The notes below the pieces were generated by a model. The model ran no database searches and had not been told where the DNA came from. It saw only the letters and a list, made by a program, of their open reading frames with translations. Both the position numbers and the translations under genes were made by a program. From Azolla caroliniana (lineage: Eukaryota > Plantae > Polypodiophyta), in assembly GCA_043228905.1 (NCBI GenBank), contig JBHGNT010000021.1, forward strand, positions 6,262,001 to 6,326,000: a stretch of DNA of 64,000 bases, read 5' to 3'. Positions 24,491 through 38,944 of the stretch are shown here, piece after piece (the first letter of the stretch is position 1; every line of letters begins with the position of its first letter).

Positions 24491-25574
24491 TAGAGAGAGA
24501 TAGAGAGAGGCTTCTTCTTCTTCTTCTGTTACTATTGTTGCATTTTTTGACTGCTATTCGCCATGGCAGAAGCTCCTCCTCCAGCCTCAACCCCAGCCTT
24601 AGACTCAACCTCTCCGAATCCATCTAGGCCAACCATAACATGATCGTCTCTTGCCATGCTGAGTGGGATCATGTTATGGATGTTTCTAGAGCTGCCATAT
24701 CCCAAGACCTTGCCCTCTCCACTATGCAAGATGTTATGAAACCTCAGAACCAAACTATTCTTCACCAAGATGGGAATCAAGCTTTTTGGAAAATTGTCTT
24801 CCAACCATGTTTCACACTCCTCATAATTCTGTTTCACTCCTCACTACTTAGACTTCAGTTCGTGACAAAATATCAAAAGAAAGAAAAACCCCAAAAGGAA
24901 AAAATGGTGCCCACAAAGGACTAAATTACAATAGGATTAGAAGAATAGGTAAAATAAACATTGATGTGATAGAGCAAGGTAATTGGATTTGCATAATGAA
25001 GTGTGTATCAAGCAAACCGACATGGTAGGAAAACTATTTAAGTTAAAACTAATATCAAAGGCTCCAATGTAAGGAACATTTTGTGTTCTATATTACACAA
25101 TTGTTAAAAGTTTCAATGAGAAACATTTAATGTACACCATTGATCAATGTCATTAGATTTGTTATCATCACTAGGTTAAGAGTTATCATCAATACCAAAA
25201 TCAATTAGGTTAGGAAGGTCTATGCTGGAATTATGGGTTGTGCTAGGAATAATAGAGTCATCATCAACTTCGCAAGGCACATTTTTTATATCATCATTGG
25301 TCTTTGTTATAGTCGTATCTTCAAATGTTTTCCATACTAAAGAATTGCTCTTTATATGGTAGTTTAGGAAGCATTCCATCTGGAATTTCAACATGGAAAT
25401 CAACATAATTAATTTACTAACATATAATCATCACATTTCTTTTGAATGATTTTTAATCATAATAAATTCTTAGGTAATTGTTTTAGATTAACATAGCCCA
25501 GTATTTCGTATGTAAAACATTGTGCTCTCTAGGAGAACTCATCTCTTCTTCTTCTTTTTATAATTGTATTTAGC

Positions 25575-25910
25575 TTACACTAGTGGTAAGTCGTTTACAC
25601 TACTAGCACTATATCTTCGGTTTGAAACCCAAGCTTCTCACCTCTTTATTACTCCATAGATATCTCTTATTTCACTAGATGCCACTGCAATGTAGGGTTT
25701 GAACCCATGACCACCTGCTCTCCATTATGGCCTAACTAGAAATCCTCTCTCTCTCTCTCTCTCTCTTTATTGTAATTACCTTACCCTAGTGGTAAGTTGT
25801 TAGCATTATAAGCATTGTGTTCTGGGTTTGAAACCCAACTTCCTCATCTCTCTATTATATACTTCTTATATATCTCTTAATTCACTAGATGCCACCGTGG
25901 AATGTATGGG
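25575..25910 (+). repeat. Two tandem tRNA-derived SINE-like copies
   Basis: CTAGTGGTAAGT...GGTTTGAAACCCAA...TTCACTAGATGCCAC twice (about 25580 and 25786). Confidence 0.55.
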
Positions 25911-25932
25911 CAACCTTACCAACTAAGCTACA

Positions 25933-25969
<37 letters not shown>

Positions 25970-26340
25970 CGATCGATCGATCGATCGATTCCAACCTTGC
26001 ATGGAAGACACTACGGGAACCAAGACCACAAACACCCATCAAGGATCCGAAGACTTGGCACACATATATAGAGAGACTCTACCACGTCCCAAACCAACCA
26101 CCCATTCCCATGCCTTTTACACCTCGACTTACTATGGGGACACTTTTCAAAACCTCTAGGGTCACGAAGGTCATAAAGAAATTACAACATAGGAAGTCCA
26201 TGGACCACACAAGATTGTGAGCCAAACACATCATATATGCTCGAGAGTGCCTAGCTCCCTTCCGCACTCTAATCTTCAATTGAAGGTTTTCCACCACAAT
26301 GGTCCCTATACATAAAGGAGGGGACCCCATGGACCCAAAT

Positions 26341-26690
26341 ACATATAGGACCATTATGATAGCTCATACGCTCTCTAAATCATATGGTATAAAAATGGAA
26401 GCAGAGCTCACCAATTATATGGAAACCTTAAGTCTTCGAGCACCCGAGCAGGCTGGCTTCAAACACGAGCCTTCTCCACTATTGACCATATCTTCCCACT
26501 TAGATGCTTAATTGATTACACAAAGGCTCGCAATAACATATAGGACCATTATGATAGCTCATACGCTCTCTAAATCATATGGTATAAAAATGGAAGCAGA
26601 GCTCACCAATTATATGGAAACCTTAAGTCTTCGAGCACCCGAGCAGGTTGGCTTCAAACACGAGCCTTCTCCACTATTGACCATATCTTC
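26341..26690. repeat. Tandem duplication (195-bp period, 155-bp shared block) within LINE RT
   Basis: TYRTIMIAHTLSKSYG...LLTISSH encoded twice (26341 and 26536). Confidence 0.88.
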
Positions 26691-26843
26691 ACACTATTGA
26701 CTATATTGTTGTTTTGTGGACTCCCGCAAAGCCTTTGACGCAATCCCTAGGGAGCGGTTGTTTGATAGGCCTAAAAGCCTATAGATACCAAATGACGTGA
26801 TTTGGGCCATCTGTGCTTTATATGAGCAAGTCTCTAGGTGCGT

Positions 26844-29800
26844 TGTCATGTGGTTCTTCACACACGATATGAAATAATAATTTTGGGTTAGCTTAATGGC
26901 TTGATATGAAAAGATGGACATGTTCAAGAGCTTCCGAACGCATTTTACTACATATGAAACGGACAACTAAGTATCAAGCTAATATGAGTATAAAGTTTGA
27001 GAAGATGGGGGAAACATAATTGTAAGATATCCCACATAGATAAGACAACATCAGATCCAACAATATATAATTTGACCCAGGACCCATTCTTTATATATGT
27101 GTGTTTGGAGCATAGAACGGTTAGGGTAATTTGGGCCGGAGGCATGGATGTGTCTGCGTAGACGGATGAATTGCTCAAAATGATTTTGGAATGGATATGG
27201 AATGGATATGGAATGGATCAGTCGCAGGTCGGTCGGGACACATGGATCGGCATAGGCCCAACTTTATGTTTTTTTTAACTAAAGTAAAGGTCATGTGTGA
27301 ACGCATGCAACTAAACATAGAGGCCATGCAATCGAGTTCTACAAGAAAGTAAGATGGCCGATTAATACGAACCATGGATGGAAGATTCGAGCGGCGACGA
27401 AGGCCACGGAGGACTTGTATGGAGCTTGCCCCAATGTTAAAGTCACAATCGGGGATGTGGAGATTAATCGACACTTCTTCGTACAAGACTCGGCTTCACA
27501 TCCTGTCATCCTAGGACAACCGTATATCACATCATCCCGGATGGAGACCAAGTTGTTCGATAATGGAGCAGCCTTCGCACGAGTCAAGAGCCTTGACAGT
27601 CAAAGATTTGTTCAATTCTTGACGGTGCGAGCTAATCATGAAAGGAACCGAGATAGCCTTGGAGGCGAATCCTCGGATTTTTAGAGCGGACTATTGAAGT
27701 GTGGGGCACAAATAGTTCGAACAATCATAAGTCCCCACAAGGAAGCAGAGCACGTGGATTGCAAGGAGAAGCAACATGTGTCACACCTATCGGCACATGT
27801 AAACTAACACTACTCAACAAGAAGGACAAGCGTCGGATACAAGGTGCTGAAAGAAGAAAGCAGAATAGGAGAAGAAGAATTCGTGACTCACGATACCTTT
27901 CTTGGATGATATTCCAATAAAAGGATGTTCAGATGAGGAGAAGGATGAATCGAAAGATAAGGATGGATGTAGAAAGTTCGTCGTGGATCATATGAAGGAT
28001 TGCAAGAAGGTGTTGCAAAGGCTCGAAGATGAGAATTTGAGATTTTCGGGAGAAAAGTCCGCATTCGGGCAACTAGAGATCTTGGTGGTAGGTGACTTGT
28101 GTGGAGCATATAGCTGGAAGCCTTCGCCATCCAAGGTGAATGCGATCCAGGACATGAAAGAGGAATACATATCCCAAACAGAGGTTCGAAGGTTCCTTGG
28201 AGCATGCACGTTTTATCATATTTGGATTCCACAGTACGCCCACATTGTTGAGCCATTGTACAGTCTACTGAAGAAGAAGCGAGCATACTTTCGCCATCAG
28301 AAGGTTGAAGAAATCACTGATGGAGGCACCTGCATTATGGAAGGCAAACTATTTAGAAGGCAAGCCCATTTTCGTGACTGTGGATACTAGTCCGACTGGA
28401 ATTAGATGGGTTATCAACCAAGAAGATGAAGATTGCAACCGATATGCAATTCGGTTTGGCACGAAAGTGTTAAGTAACAGACAAAGAAGGTATGCCCAAG
28501 TGAAGAGGGAGCTATGGGGAATTGTATTAGCGATCAAGTCTGATCATGACTACCTTATTGGAGCAGAAGTCATAATTGAGACAGATTGCCTACCAATCTT
28601 GGGCATGATATATGGTTGTAGTACACCAAATATTGTCATGTTACGTTGGATCGCATATATCAAATCACTCAACCCGAAGATCCTTCATGCAGCTGGGAAG
28701 CATAATGTCATTGCAGACATGTTATCACGAGCGAGATATGACAGTGAAGAAGATCGACATTCTGATGAAGAGGATGTTGGCTTGGATTTCTTTACAAGTT
28801 CCTATGCTCGGGTGTTGACTACTTTCATAGAAGAGGACTATGAAGGCGAATTCGTGGAGATTGGGAAATACTTGAGTTCTCTCCAAAAAGATGAATCCTG
28901 GTCGACGGAAAACTTCCACCAAATTCGGAAGAAGGCGTACAAGTATTTCCTTAAGGATGGAGGTCTTTGGAGGCATGCAAAAAAGAAGAATGGGACTCCA
29001 ATGAGAGTTGTTTGCAAGTTGGAAGACAAACAAAAACCGATGTCTGAATTTCATGATACTGTTTTTGCAAGCCATCGAGGAATATGGGCTACGTTCACGA
29101 AGCTTAAGGAGAAATATTGGTGGTCGGGCATCTACAAGGATGTAGTAGCTTAGCTTACGTGGAAACATGTAAGGAATGTTAGATGTTTTCAAATGTTCGC
29201 CATCGAGATGAATTTCATCTAACTTACCCGTTGGCTATGCATTACAAGTCACGGATGGTGGATATAGTAATGATGCCAATGGGGCGATGGAAAATGAAGT
29301 ATCTTGTGCTCGCAAGAGAGGATCTTACCAATCAAGTTGAAGGGCGAGCATTGACAATTAAGGAGACATCATCAATACGCAAATTCCTTCTTGAAGATGT
29401 TATTTGCATATATGGATGCGTCGGCAAGATAGTGCTTGATCGAGGCGAGTTGGATGCCAATGAAGCTAGAGAAATCTTCTCCAAGATGGGAATCAAGTTA
29501 TCTCTTACCACAACGTATAATCCTGAAGCGAATGGGAAAGTGGAACGTGGACATGGACCGATTGTGAAGGCTCTAATGAAAGCTTGCCATGGGAAAATAG
29601 GAGAATGGACGCGTCTACTGCCATTTGCACTATGGGTTGACAGGACTACTCATAGCACGATGACAGGATATATGCTGACAAAGCTCATATTCGGACAGAA
29701 GCCGATAATGCCAGTGGAAAAAAGTATTGTTTCATGGCTGGCATTTTCATGGCAAGATGAGATTAGTAGAGAAAATCTACTAGCATTGAGGATTCGACAG

Positions 29801-31170
29801 TTGGAGCAAAAGTCGGAAGATATAGAAGTGGCTAAAGCATGACTAAAGAATGCAAGGTTGAAGAACAAGAAAGACTTTGACAGATGACATCAACTTCATC
29901 CGAGGAAAATCGTTGAAGGAGATTGGGTGCTGGTCTACGACAGTAGCCTAGACAACCAATATAGTACGACTTAGAAATTTTCGCAGTCATGGTTTGGACC
30001 ATATGTGGTGAAGAAAGTGGAAGAACTGGATGGTACACCACTTGCTTTGCCAATTTCAGGGAAAAGAATCAAGATCTTCAAGAGAAGAGATAGTATGGAA
30101 ATTGGATTCGAAGCTTTAGATGATTCTGTCTTGGGCATCGACGACAAAGTAGAGTAATCAAAAGCAGAGCCTCACCACAATTGGCACATACTGGTGGATG
30201 TGCAGGTTTGGTAGGGGTGAATATCGTGTGATTCTTCACACACGATATGAAAAATAATGAAATAATTATTTTACATTAGCTTAATGGTTTGGTATGAAAA
30301 GATGGACGTGTTCAAGAGCTTTCGAACACATTTTACTACATATGAAATGGACAACTAAGTATCAAGTTATGTGAGTATGAAGTTTGAGAAGATGGGGGAA
30401 ACAGAACTGCAAGATATCCCACATAGATAGGACAACCTCGGATCCAGCAATATATAAGGAGACCCAAAACCCATTGCATTATATGTATGTGTTTAGAGCA
30501 CAGAATGGTTAGGGTAATTTTGGCCGAGGTTGGATGCACATATGTGACCTAACTGCGCCTAGATAGACGAGTGTGGACGAATTGCTTGCAAAGATTTTGG
30601 AATGGATCGATTGCGGGTCGGTCGGGACACACGGGCCGAACTTTACGTTTTTTTAACTAAAGTAAAGGTCATGTGCGAACGCATGCAACTGAACATAGAG
30701 GCCATGCAACTAAAGTAAAGGTCATGTGTGGACACATGCAACTAAACGTAGAGGCCATGCAACTAAAGTAAAGGTCATGTGTGGACGCATGCAACTAGGG
30801 GAAAAAAAGAGAGAGGCAATTTTTCTTTTCTCATAAAAGGGAAGAAAAAAGCTATCAAAAAAAGAGAACCCTAATTTTTTTCTTATCGAAGCCATCTCTC
30901 GAATAAACCCTAATTTTCCTTATCTAAGCTATCATTCAAAAACCCAAACTCTAATTTTTCTTATCTAAGCCATATCTCACAAACCCTAAAAATTCTATGA
31001 TCGCAATCTTGGGATAAATTGTAATTTTCTTTTTTTTGTTAATGAAAAATTACTAAATTTTCTCGTTTCCATTAATTCTTAAAGTATAAACGCATGAATT
31101 TGATATCCTCTAGTCGGAGGCCCCAAGTTCCTGCCTCAAGTTCATGTGTCTTCGTCGTATTTTCGTGACA
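26844..31170 (+). mobile_element. Gypsy B': internally deleted, diverged relative of Gypsy B
   Basis: Truncated 5' LTR 26844-~27331 matches 3' LTR 30222-31170. PR tail (YGACPNVKV), FLDDIPIKG, RNase H and integrase are collinear with B. Imperfect 4-bp TSD GCGT/ACGT. Confidence 0.87.
30655..30797. repeat. 53-bp tandem repeat (x2.7) inside the B' 3' LTR
   Basis: AACTAAAGTAAAGGTCATGTG... at 30655, 30708, 30761. Confidence 0.85.
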
Positions 31171-31914
31171 ACGTAAGATGCCAAGTGGCCTATCTGATTG
31201 CTTCACTAGCACCATTGGTGTAAAACAAGGTTGCCCCCTATCACCGATTCTTTTTGGGATCTACTTTGATGAGATCACTAATTTTATTGCTTGTATGGGA
31301 GGCCAGGGAGTAGTCATTGGGGGTATGCAAGCTATTCTCTTACTCTATGTAGACGACATAGTCTTGCTCTTGGAGTCTGAACATGAGTTGGTTACTTGCA
31401 AACGGCCTAGACATTAATAACCTACCTCCCCTTAAGTACAACCACGAGACTAATAAAACTTTAATCTCTCATGAGGACTGTAATAAAGTAATACGTCACG
31501 AAATATAGCAAATTACACTCGATATAAATGGATAGCCCCACGAGAGCCACTCCCATCTAAAATGGTGTACTATACGAAACACTTCATGCACTTCTCTAAG
31601 TTAGGTTTTATTACACAAACAAAATATCTAGATACATTCTTATCAAATGCACTAAGGGTTGCCATCAAACGATTTAGGATATAATCTCACCAACTTGAGA
31701 TTAAGAATGGTCGTACTAATAGAATCCATCGAGAGGAAAGGATATGTAGATTATGTCACATAGAGATAGAGGATGAGTATCACTTTACATACAAGTGTCC
31801 AACTTACGCTGTCGTAGTGTATTTTGTACACTACGTGAAAAACGTATATAGTATTAGATTCAATAAAAAAATGAAGAAATAGAAGAAAATAGCAAAATAA
31901 ATGGAACATGCATA

Positions 31915-31975
31915 GGGCAAGATTCGAACCTTGCACCTCCATGTTGATAATGTAATGTCTTACCATTACACTAAC
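31915..31975 (-). repeat. tRNA-like SINE head
   Basis: Minus strand A-box TAGTGTAATGG and B-box GGTTCGAATC; no intact cloverleaf. Confidence 0.5.
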
Positions 31976-33215
31976 ATTTCATTAGTGTTAAAGCATAGAT
32001 GTTCCACATAGAAAGGTAAATTCACGCTAGGATAAACATTAGAAAAACGCATAACAAAAGAAAAAGCTACACATACACATCTAGCGTGCATGATAAAAAA
32101 CGCACAAGTTAGAAAAAAAGCATGATCACTTTAGATAAAGCATATAGTCTATCTATAGGAAAAGCATGGGGTCTATAGTTAGAGAAAAAGCATGGATTAC
32201 TAAGACTTCCTCATCACTACATAAGGATGGGAAGCACAATGTAATTGTGTGTGAAATATTTGGAAATTGGATATATTTCCGAAAACACCAACCGATTAAT
32301 ATAATCGTGGGATTCACGAAAATAATATAATCTATACTTGTGGGATTCACAAGTTTCTTATATCTTTCTTTCAATCTAAATACATATTCTTATCTAAATA
32401 TTGATTAATCGAATACAATACACTCGTGGGATTCACGAAATTTCTATCTCTCTTTCTAATAATCTATTTATTACTAGCCTCATCTCATATTCTTCTTTCT
32501 CCTAGTCCAAAACCTCGGTGGTTCCCACCCGACTCACGCAAACGATCCGGAGCCGAAAGGCACGACAACGCCGAGATAAGGGTGAGATACCAAGACATAC
32601 TAGGACCCTCTCCCACCCTCTTCAAACTATTAGATACCTCGAATATAAAGAAACTAGGTAGCTATATCTTAGAGCTAAAACAACATAGAGAGAAGAAGCT
32701 ACAAAATGTTAACCATAACCATTCTAATATTCACCAACATAAAACTAATGAAACTTTTCAAGAACAGGGGGAGACGATGAGTGTGGACACACCTATACCA
32801 CTTGGCCTCTCCATTGCTGAAGCAAAAAAATAAAGAATAACCAAGCTCCCTTGGATGTCGGGCTTCAAAGCAACTCAACATGGAGTAGAAACAATTAAGA
32901 AGATAAGGTAACGTGAGGTATGCCACCTAGAACCTATGGTTGGGGTACCTTTTACATTGGGACCACGGGCCACATCCACATCGAAACCCTTTGACCTCCC
33001 GCTTCTTTTCGAGAGACTTGGATGGAAATGAAACTAGGCCTAGTATAAAGCCATTTCCTTTATAGAATATGTTACACCATAACATGTTTTTGTATAATAC
33101 TAAAACTCTTTAGCTTAAGTTCTATTTTATTTTATTTTATTTTTACTTCTGATGAATGGGTAAATACCCCATTTTCTTGTTAACCAATTGTCTCATGGGC
33201 CAATTTTGGTCTTAG

Positions 33216-33491
33216 ATGGTGTTAGGTATTGAAGTTGCATCATGGTATCAAAATGTAATGAACTTGAAGACATGCAAAGTATGCAATGAAGGCATGGTAG
33301 AGGATGAATGTCACTTGCTCTTCACATGCTCGACATATAATGCAATTCGTTCAAGATATGTTGATATACTAAGAGGGAGTGATAACTTAAGTGCCATACT
33401 TAAGACACCACCGAGAAGGTTGAGCTCATATGTGTATGCTTTATTCACACATAGAGACTTTGTGCTTCAATGTATGAATACCCCTTCTTAG
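33216..33491 (+). pseudogene. LINE 3'-end fragment (C-terminal zinc finger)
   Basis: CKVCNEGMVEDECHLLFTCSTYNAIRSRY, same motif class as 31740-31810. Confidence 0.7.
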
Positions 33492-34764
33492 GAAGGAGAC
33501 ACATATCAAGAACACATGTATACTCTGGTCCCATAGGTCAAAATTGGCCTCTTCATGGACGATAAAAATTATAATTCTAATTTTGTCTAAGGTAGGAATA
33601 TTTCATATGTAAAACACTCACTACGATGTAAGATGGGCATTGGGGCAAAAGTGATGAGAGTTGTCGACTATACACACTTTGCCTAAACAAGTTCAACCAA
33701 ACCCAATCCTTGGGAAAGGGACAAACATCTTGGTGGTTGAAAGTGCCAAAAATGAGTTCCATTCTTTGAGGACATGAGTGGAGTAGCTTTCCACAAAGTA
33801 AGAAACTAATGGCTCTGAGCAACTTTATTGCGAGAATCTCCAATAATACAATCCCATTGACTCTTCAAAATATGAACCATGTCCAACCAAATATTATTTA
33901 CCACTTCAGTTGGTGAGGCTCTAACTTGATGAAAAACGAGAGAGCACAAAGCCTTCCTGATGTTATATGTAGTAATACTAAATATCTCCCATTATGGTTG
34001 CATCTACTAGACTCCTTCTTTATCCTTAAAAACTGCAAAGACGCTAATAGAAGTACATTAACACTTCTAGAGTTAGTGTGAAAACCATGGTCCATAGATT
34101 CGGCATTGTAATGGAAAATAGAACGAACAAGCGATGTCCAAACCACCATTCCCCATGTGAATACCGATGGGAGAAAGTAGTTAGGAAACATTCGAAGTAG
34201 TCATTGTCATACCAATTGAGACTCAATGTAGTCCCATAGACCATGTTTCTGAATTTCAACTTGTAAATGACAACGAACACAACTAGAGGATACACCCATC
34301 TTATGCAGCCATGTGTCAATAGGCCAGGCACGATGCACAAGTAACCATTGGACATGCAATATTTGTCGTCGTTGTTTTCATGCCCATATGCTAACCTAGA
34401 ACTTAGCAAGAAGCTTTGGAGTAATGCGTTGTTAACTCTAGTATTGAAATACAATTCGTAACACATCTTGTCTATCCAACAAAACATGTCTTCCCAACTG
34501 TATAGAATATTGGAGAAAATTAAAGTTATTAAGAATAAATGGATCAGTCCATTGATAATTAGGTCAGTCCCATGCTAATCTGAACAAAGGTTGTTTACCC
34601 CGCACCCATAACTTCCAATGTGACCTTATGTCCTCTATCGGTGGGTCAATATACCATTTGCAATCAACATATCCTATTACCCTTGTCATGTGTCCATAAC
34701 ATAAGGATAATTGATTACCATTTCTTGCAAATAAGAAAATTGATTTGTGTTACCCGTGATGTGT

Positions 34765-34830
34765 TGGTGTAATGGTAATGGGGGGACACTCCAACTGCTA
34801 GGTTGGAGGTTCGAGTCTCCCCACACCAAC
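34765..34830 (+). repeat. tRNA-like SINE head
   Basis: A-box TGGTGTAATGG and B-box GGTTCGAGTC; no intact anticodon arm. Confidence 0.45.
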
Positions 34831-35271
34831 ATACATGTGGTACCTAAAAAGGGCAGTTTGCCTGTAAGTGGCGACGACGCAAATGGTGACAATGAAGGGC
34901 GGTTTGTGCCCGTAAGTAACGACGACGAAGATGGTGACGGTGACAACAAGGACGGTTTCAACGATGAAGAAGGTAAAATGTCTGTCTACAAGTTGCATGA
35001 TGGAATGTGGTGCGAGTCTCATCATATCCTAGAGGTCATCTTGTGCATGTATCTCACTCGTACCATTCGGTACACCCCCTGACGGACTATGTACTGTTAA
35101 TAAAACATGAGTTTGTGTGAGTTGTAGCCTTCGGGCGAGCCAAAGATAAAAAAATACTAAAGTAGTATAAACAAATAAGAAAAAAAAAAAAATTTGATTT
35201 GTGTTATCCACATCAAAAAGACAAAAGGTATTTAATATCCTCTAAATACCCCTTTACAGTCAAGAGTACTT

Positions 35272-35516
35272 CCAATCTTGAAAAAACACCTACCCAAGTG
35301 GGTGGTATAGTGGCTCTACTCATAGTTTCTTGAACTTGATGATACATTAGTTGTCCTCCATGCATCCTAGCTAGTACTTGTTTTTGTTCCTCGGACCAGT
35401 CTTGAAAAAACACCTACCCAAGTGGGTGGTATAGTGGCTCTACTCATAGTTTCTTGAACTTGATGATACATTAGTTTTCCTCCATGCATCCTAGCTAGTA
35501 CTTGTTTTTGTTCCTC
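35272..35516. repeat. 124-bp tandem duplication
   Basis: TCTTGAAAAAACACCTACCC... at 35276 and 35400, near-identical. Confidence 0.88.
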
Positions 35517-37541
35517 CCCGGAGAGCGATAAAAATACTTGCCAGGTCTTGACTGAGTTAGGAGGACCTTTTACCATTTTTCCCCATGCCAACCATTGTCT
35601 ATTTACCCATCACTAAACCATCTGATGTTGTAAACAGCGGGTTCCATACTAATCTTTGTCTTGGACTTCATTATAATGAGTAGGTTTGAGTTTATTGCAG
35701 AGCAAACCAGGGGAAAAAATAGTGAGAATAAATTTGTCCTCCCATCCATGGGATGAAGGTACTCTAAAATTTTCCCTAAATATTCAATTGAAATCCTTCT
35801 ACTAGGGTGCACCTAAGCGAGGAAAGCATTCCGAACAACGGTCAAGCAACAATACTTTCCATATATCTCTTGCCCCGGAGTAAATCCTCTAATAATCAAC
35901 TTAGTTAACAATGCTCCTGACATGTGATTTACATGGGCAAGCTTGTAGGAAGTACGGGGAAATTAGGATTTCCTATATATAAGGTAGATGGAGGGAGAGG
36001 TCATGGTTGAATGTTCATTGGGTGTAGAATCTTGATTGAATCTTGCATATCATTTTTTTCCAGTACTTAAATCAAGTTCTTAATCCATACAAAAAATACC
36101 TCTTCCCTAATAGTTCCAAACCCCTCATGATGATAGGTCACAAATTGGATAACTTTATTATCGCACGTAAACCAAAGTCCATGGAAATTTCAATTCATGT
36201 ATAAAGACATTATATCATAAATATAGATGATGACATTATGTTATGATGGCATTAAGGCTCAATGAATTCACCATATTGGCCTTAGTTTCGTAAGTGCAAC
36301 AATGTTCATGCAATTATGTAAATTTATGACTACCCATATGAGAGTTTGAGGATATATATGATCTGATTACATGAGGCAAATGAGGTGATCTTCAATTTAC
36401 ACTGATACAACTAATCTCGTGTCAAGATCATAAGTTTCTCAAGGACCATTTTAAGATGTTCCTAGGTGTGTGTATATGCTAAGGGTTATCCTCCCGATAA
36501 GTCATGCCTTTATAGAGTAGTTAGTTGCCATGCATGTCCAACCCCTTGCCCACACAATATTATGATTTGTGTGTCCACACCCACACCTAAGGGTATCTTA
36601 GAATGGCTTAGCCCCATGACACAATTGTTCATGATATCTTCTCATGTCACCTTCGTTATTCAAATTTATCATCCACAAATGCCATGTTAATATGTGGGTA
36701 TAGTTTTTAGTTCTTAATATACCAAACCACCTTAACTTTTACTATGAATCTTTAAGTACTTTTAGTGTAAGGGGAGAAACCTCTCTTGAGACCATTTGAA
36801 TGCTTTCTAGAATAGTTTGTAATTGGTCCTTAGCTTCTCCTTTGTTCATTACTTTTTCAAGGGTAGTGAAGTTTGAGACAATCCTTATCATGTCAATAGC
36901 TTTCTCAACGTTCACGTTGAACTTTTGAAATAAATCCCTAGCTTATATAGAGACCACATAATACACAAAACAAAATAATAAATACATCTATTGCATGCAC
37001 ACACACAAAAACTTGAAATTATGCTTTCATAATGCATGTTTTGAATATAATTAAATTTATGCATTTCATCGTGTACAAAACATGTATGATTGATTGCACA
37101 TTGTTTTGGATTGCCCAAGATAAGCAACCGTTTTATTACGTAGTGATTGAGTTCCGGAAGGAAGAGAAGCATATGTGATGATGACTTAGCATGGTGGTCC
37201 TCAAGAGATGAGGATGAAAGTGAGTAGTGGATGCATCAAACAAGACACACTAGGAACATTGAAGTTCTTGGCATCCTTGGAATACAAACTACTATATAGA
37301 TTCCTTGAGACAACTTTCGAAGAGCCCCGCCTGAAGAAAAGTGTACTCATGTCATGCCGACAATAATTAGGGTGGGTGGTTGAGGAGGCCAAGAAGAAAG
37401 GGATGAAAACCCAAAACATTTGGGGAGAACATTGAAGTATCTTCATTCCCAAGTTCGGTTGAATATGATCTTGATCAACTTAGCTATGAGGCACAAGGAG
37501 AACTGTGTGTGGCAACAATAAGTGTCGGAAGGTAGCCATCA

Positions 37542-37572
<31 letters not shown>

Positions 37573-38224
37573 CGAGGTCAAATGTATATACAATTTCGAT
37601 GTGATTGAGAGAGAGGTCAATGTGGGATTTTTTGAGTGTGATCCACTCTAAAAAATCGAGAGGATAGCCATGGATCGAATGTGTGCGAACGTGCTCATGA
37701 AAGGATGTGTGCTAAGAAAGAAGGCTTGGGGTGATAAAAAGGAGAGTTTAGGTAATGGGTGGAGCCTTGGAGGTTAAAGTTAGTTTATTTTAAAAAACAA
37801 CCAAGGGTAGTTAGTTGACTTCTAAAGTTAGTTATAAAGAGAGAGAGAGAGAGAGAGAAGACAACCAAATGGGTAGGGAAGAAAGAGTTAGGTCAAAATG
37901 GGCAAGTTCACAAGTTCTGTTGGTGTACCTGCTGGTGGTGGTAGTTATGGTGGTTATGGTGGTTGGGTGGTGGCAGTTGTGGAGGAGGTGGTGGAGGAGA
38001 GGGTGCAGTGATGTGACACAGTGGCATATGGAGTTGCAATGGGTCCTGTAGTTCTTCACGCCTTTGGACACATCCTCCATAGCCTCCATCAAGTTCATGC
38101 ACCTCTGCACCTCCTCTGTACCATCTTCCGCCATTTCTCTCTCTCTCTCTCTCTCTCTCTCTACCCACGCCCACACACATTAACCGTTCTTTTTAAACGT
38201 TCCTCTTTGCTATCCCATGCTTTA

Positions 38225-38438
38225 TGTAGTATGTATAGAAATGTGTATCTATGTATCTATGTATCTATGTATATGTGTGTATGTGTGTATGTATGGATGC
38301 ATGCATGCATTTATGTATGGTATGTATGTACTATGGATGGATGGATGCATTTATGTATGGTATGGTATGGTATGTATGTATGTATGTATGTATGTATGTA
38401 TGTATGTATGTATGTATGTATGCATGTATGTATGCATG

Positions 38439-38470
<32 letters not shown>
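38225..38470. repeat. (TATG)n microsatellite and degenerate flanks
   Basis: Direct reading. Confidence 0.9.
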
Positions 38471-38944
38471 GAAATGGATACATGTTGATATACAGGCATG
38501 CATATATGTAAAGGTATGTATATATATACTATACTTCGAGATTCTGATGCTAAAATTGATGAATGGCGTGAGTTTCTTATCGTCTCGACAACTAACCCAT
38601 TCGTGACATCCAATTATCACACTCCTTATTGGCATTTTCAACCTCCCAAAATGGTTGTTTCCCCCGCCGATCACATAGAGTTTAACATCTTGTAAAATGT
38701 TTACACTAATGACAGGATATCTTCTTCTTCTTTTTAATCAGGAATGTATAGATATAGATAGATAGATAGATATGTAGGTGTGAAAGAAATGTATGGATGT
38801 GTATGGTAGTAGTATGCCAGAGATTCAAATGTATGTATGTAGATATGTGTGTGTGTGCCCTATGAATATGATATACATCTCTTTCGTATCCATGCCTAGT
38901 TTTTTTTCCCCCTCCAAAATATCCTTCCATTAGTTATAAACCGT

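Larger units (their letters stand above)
26160..31810 (+). mobile_element. Decayed non-LTR retrotransposon (LINE, RTE/RTEX-like) interrupted by Gypsy B'
   Basis: PIHKGGDPMDPNTYRTI, EQAGF, CCFVDSRKAFD, GVKQGCPLSPILF, LLYVDDIVLL; C-terminal SHQLEI..GR...RICRLC..EDEYH...C at ~31680-31810. Confidence 0.82.

Noticed and set aside
31915-34830. Functional tRNA genes at the A/B-box motifs
   Set aside because: No complete cloverleaf or paired acceptor stem can be drawn; treated as SINE-like relics.
33500-36500. Possible DNA-transposon (CACTA-like) coding remnants
   Set aside because: No diagnostic motif, terminal repeat or sustained frame that I can identify with confidence.
37200-38180. Short minus-strand ORFs as a host gene
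   Set aside because: Largely low-complexity or microsatellite-derived, with no recognisable domain or supportable splice model.
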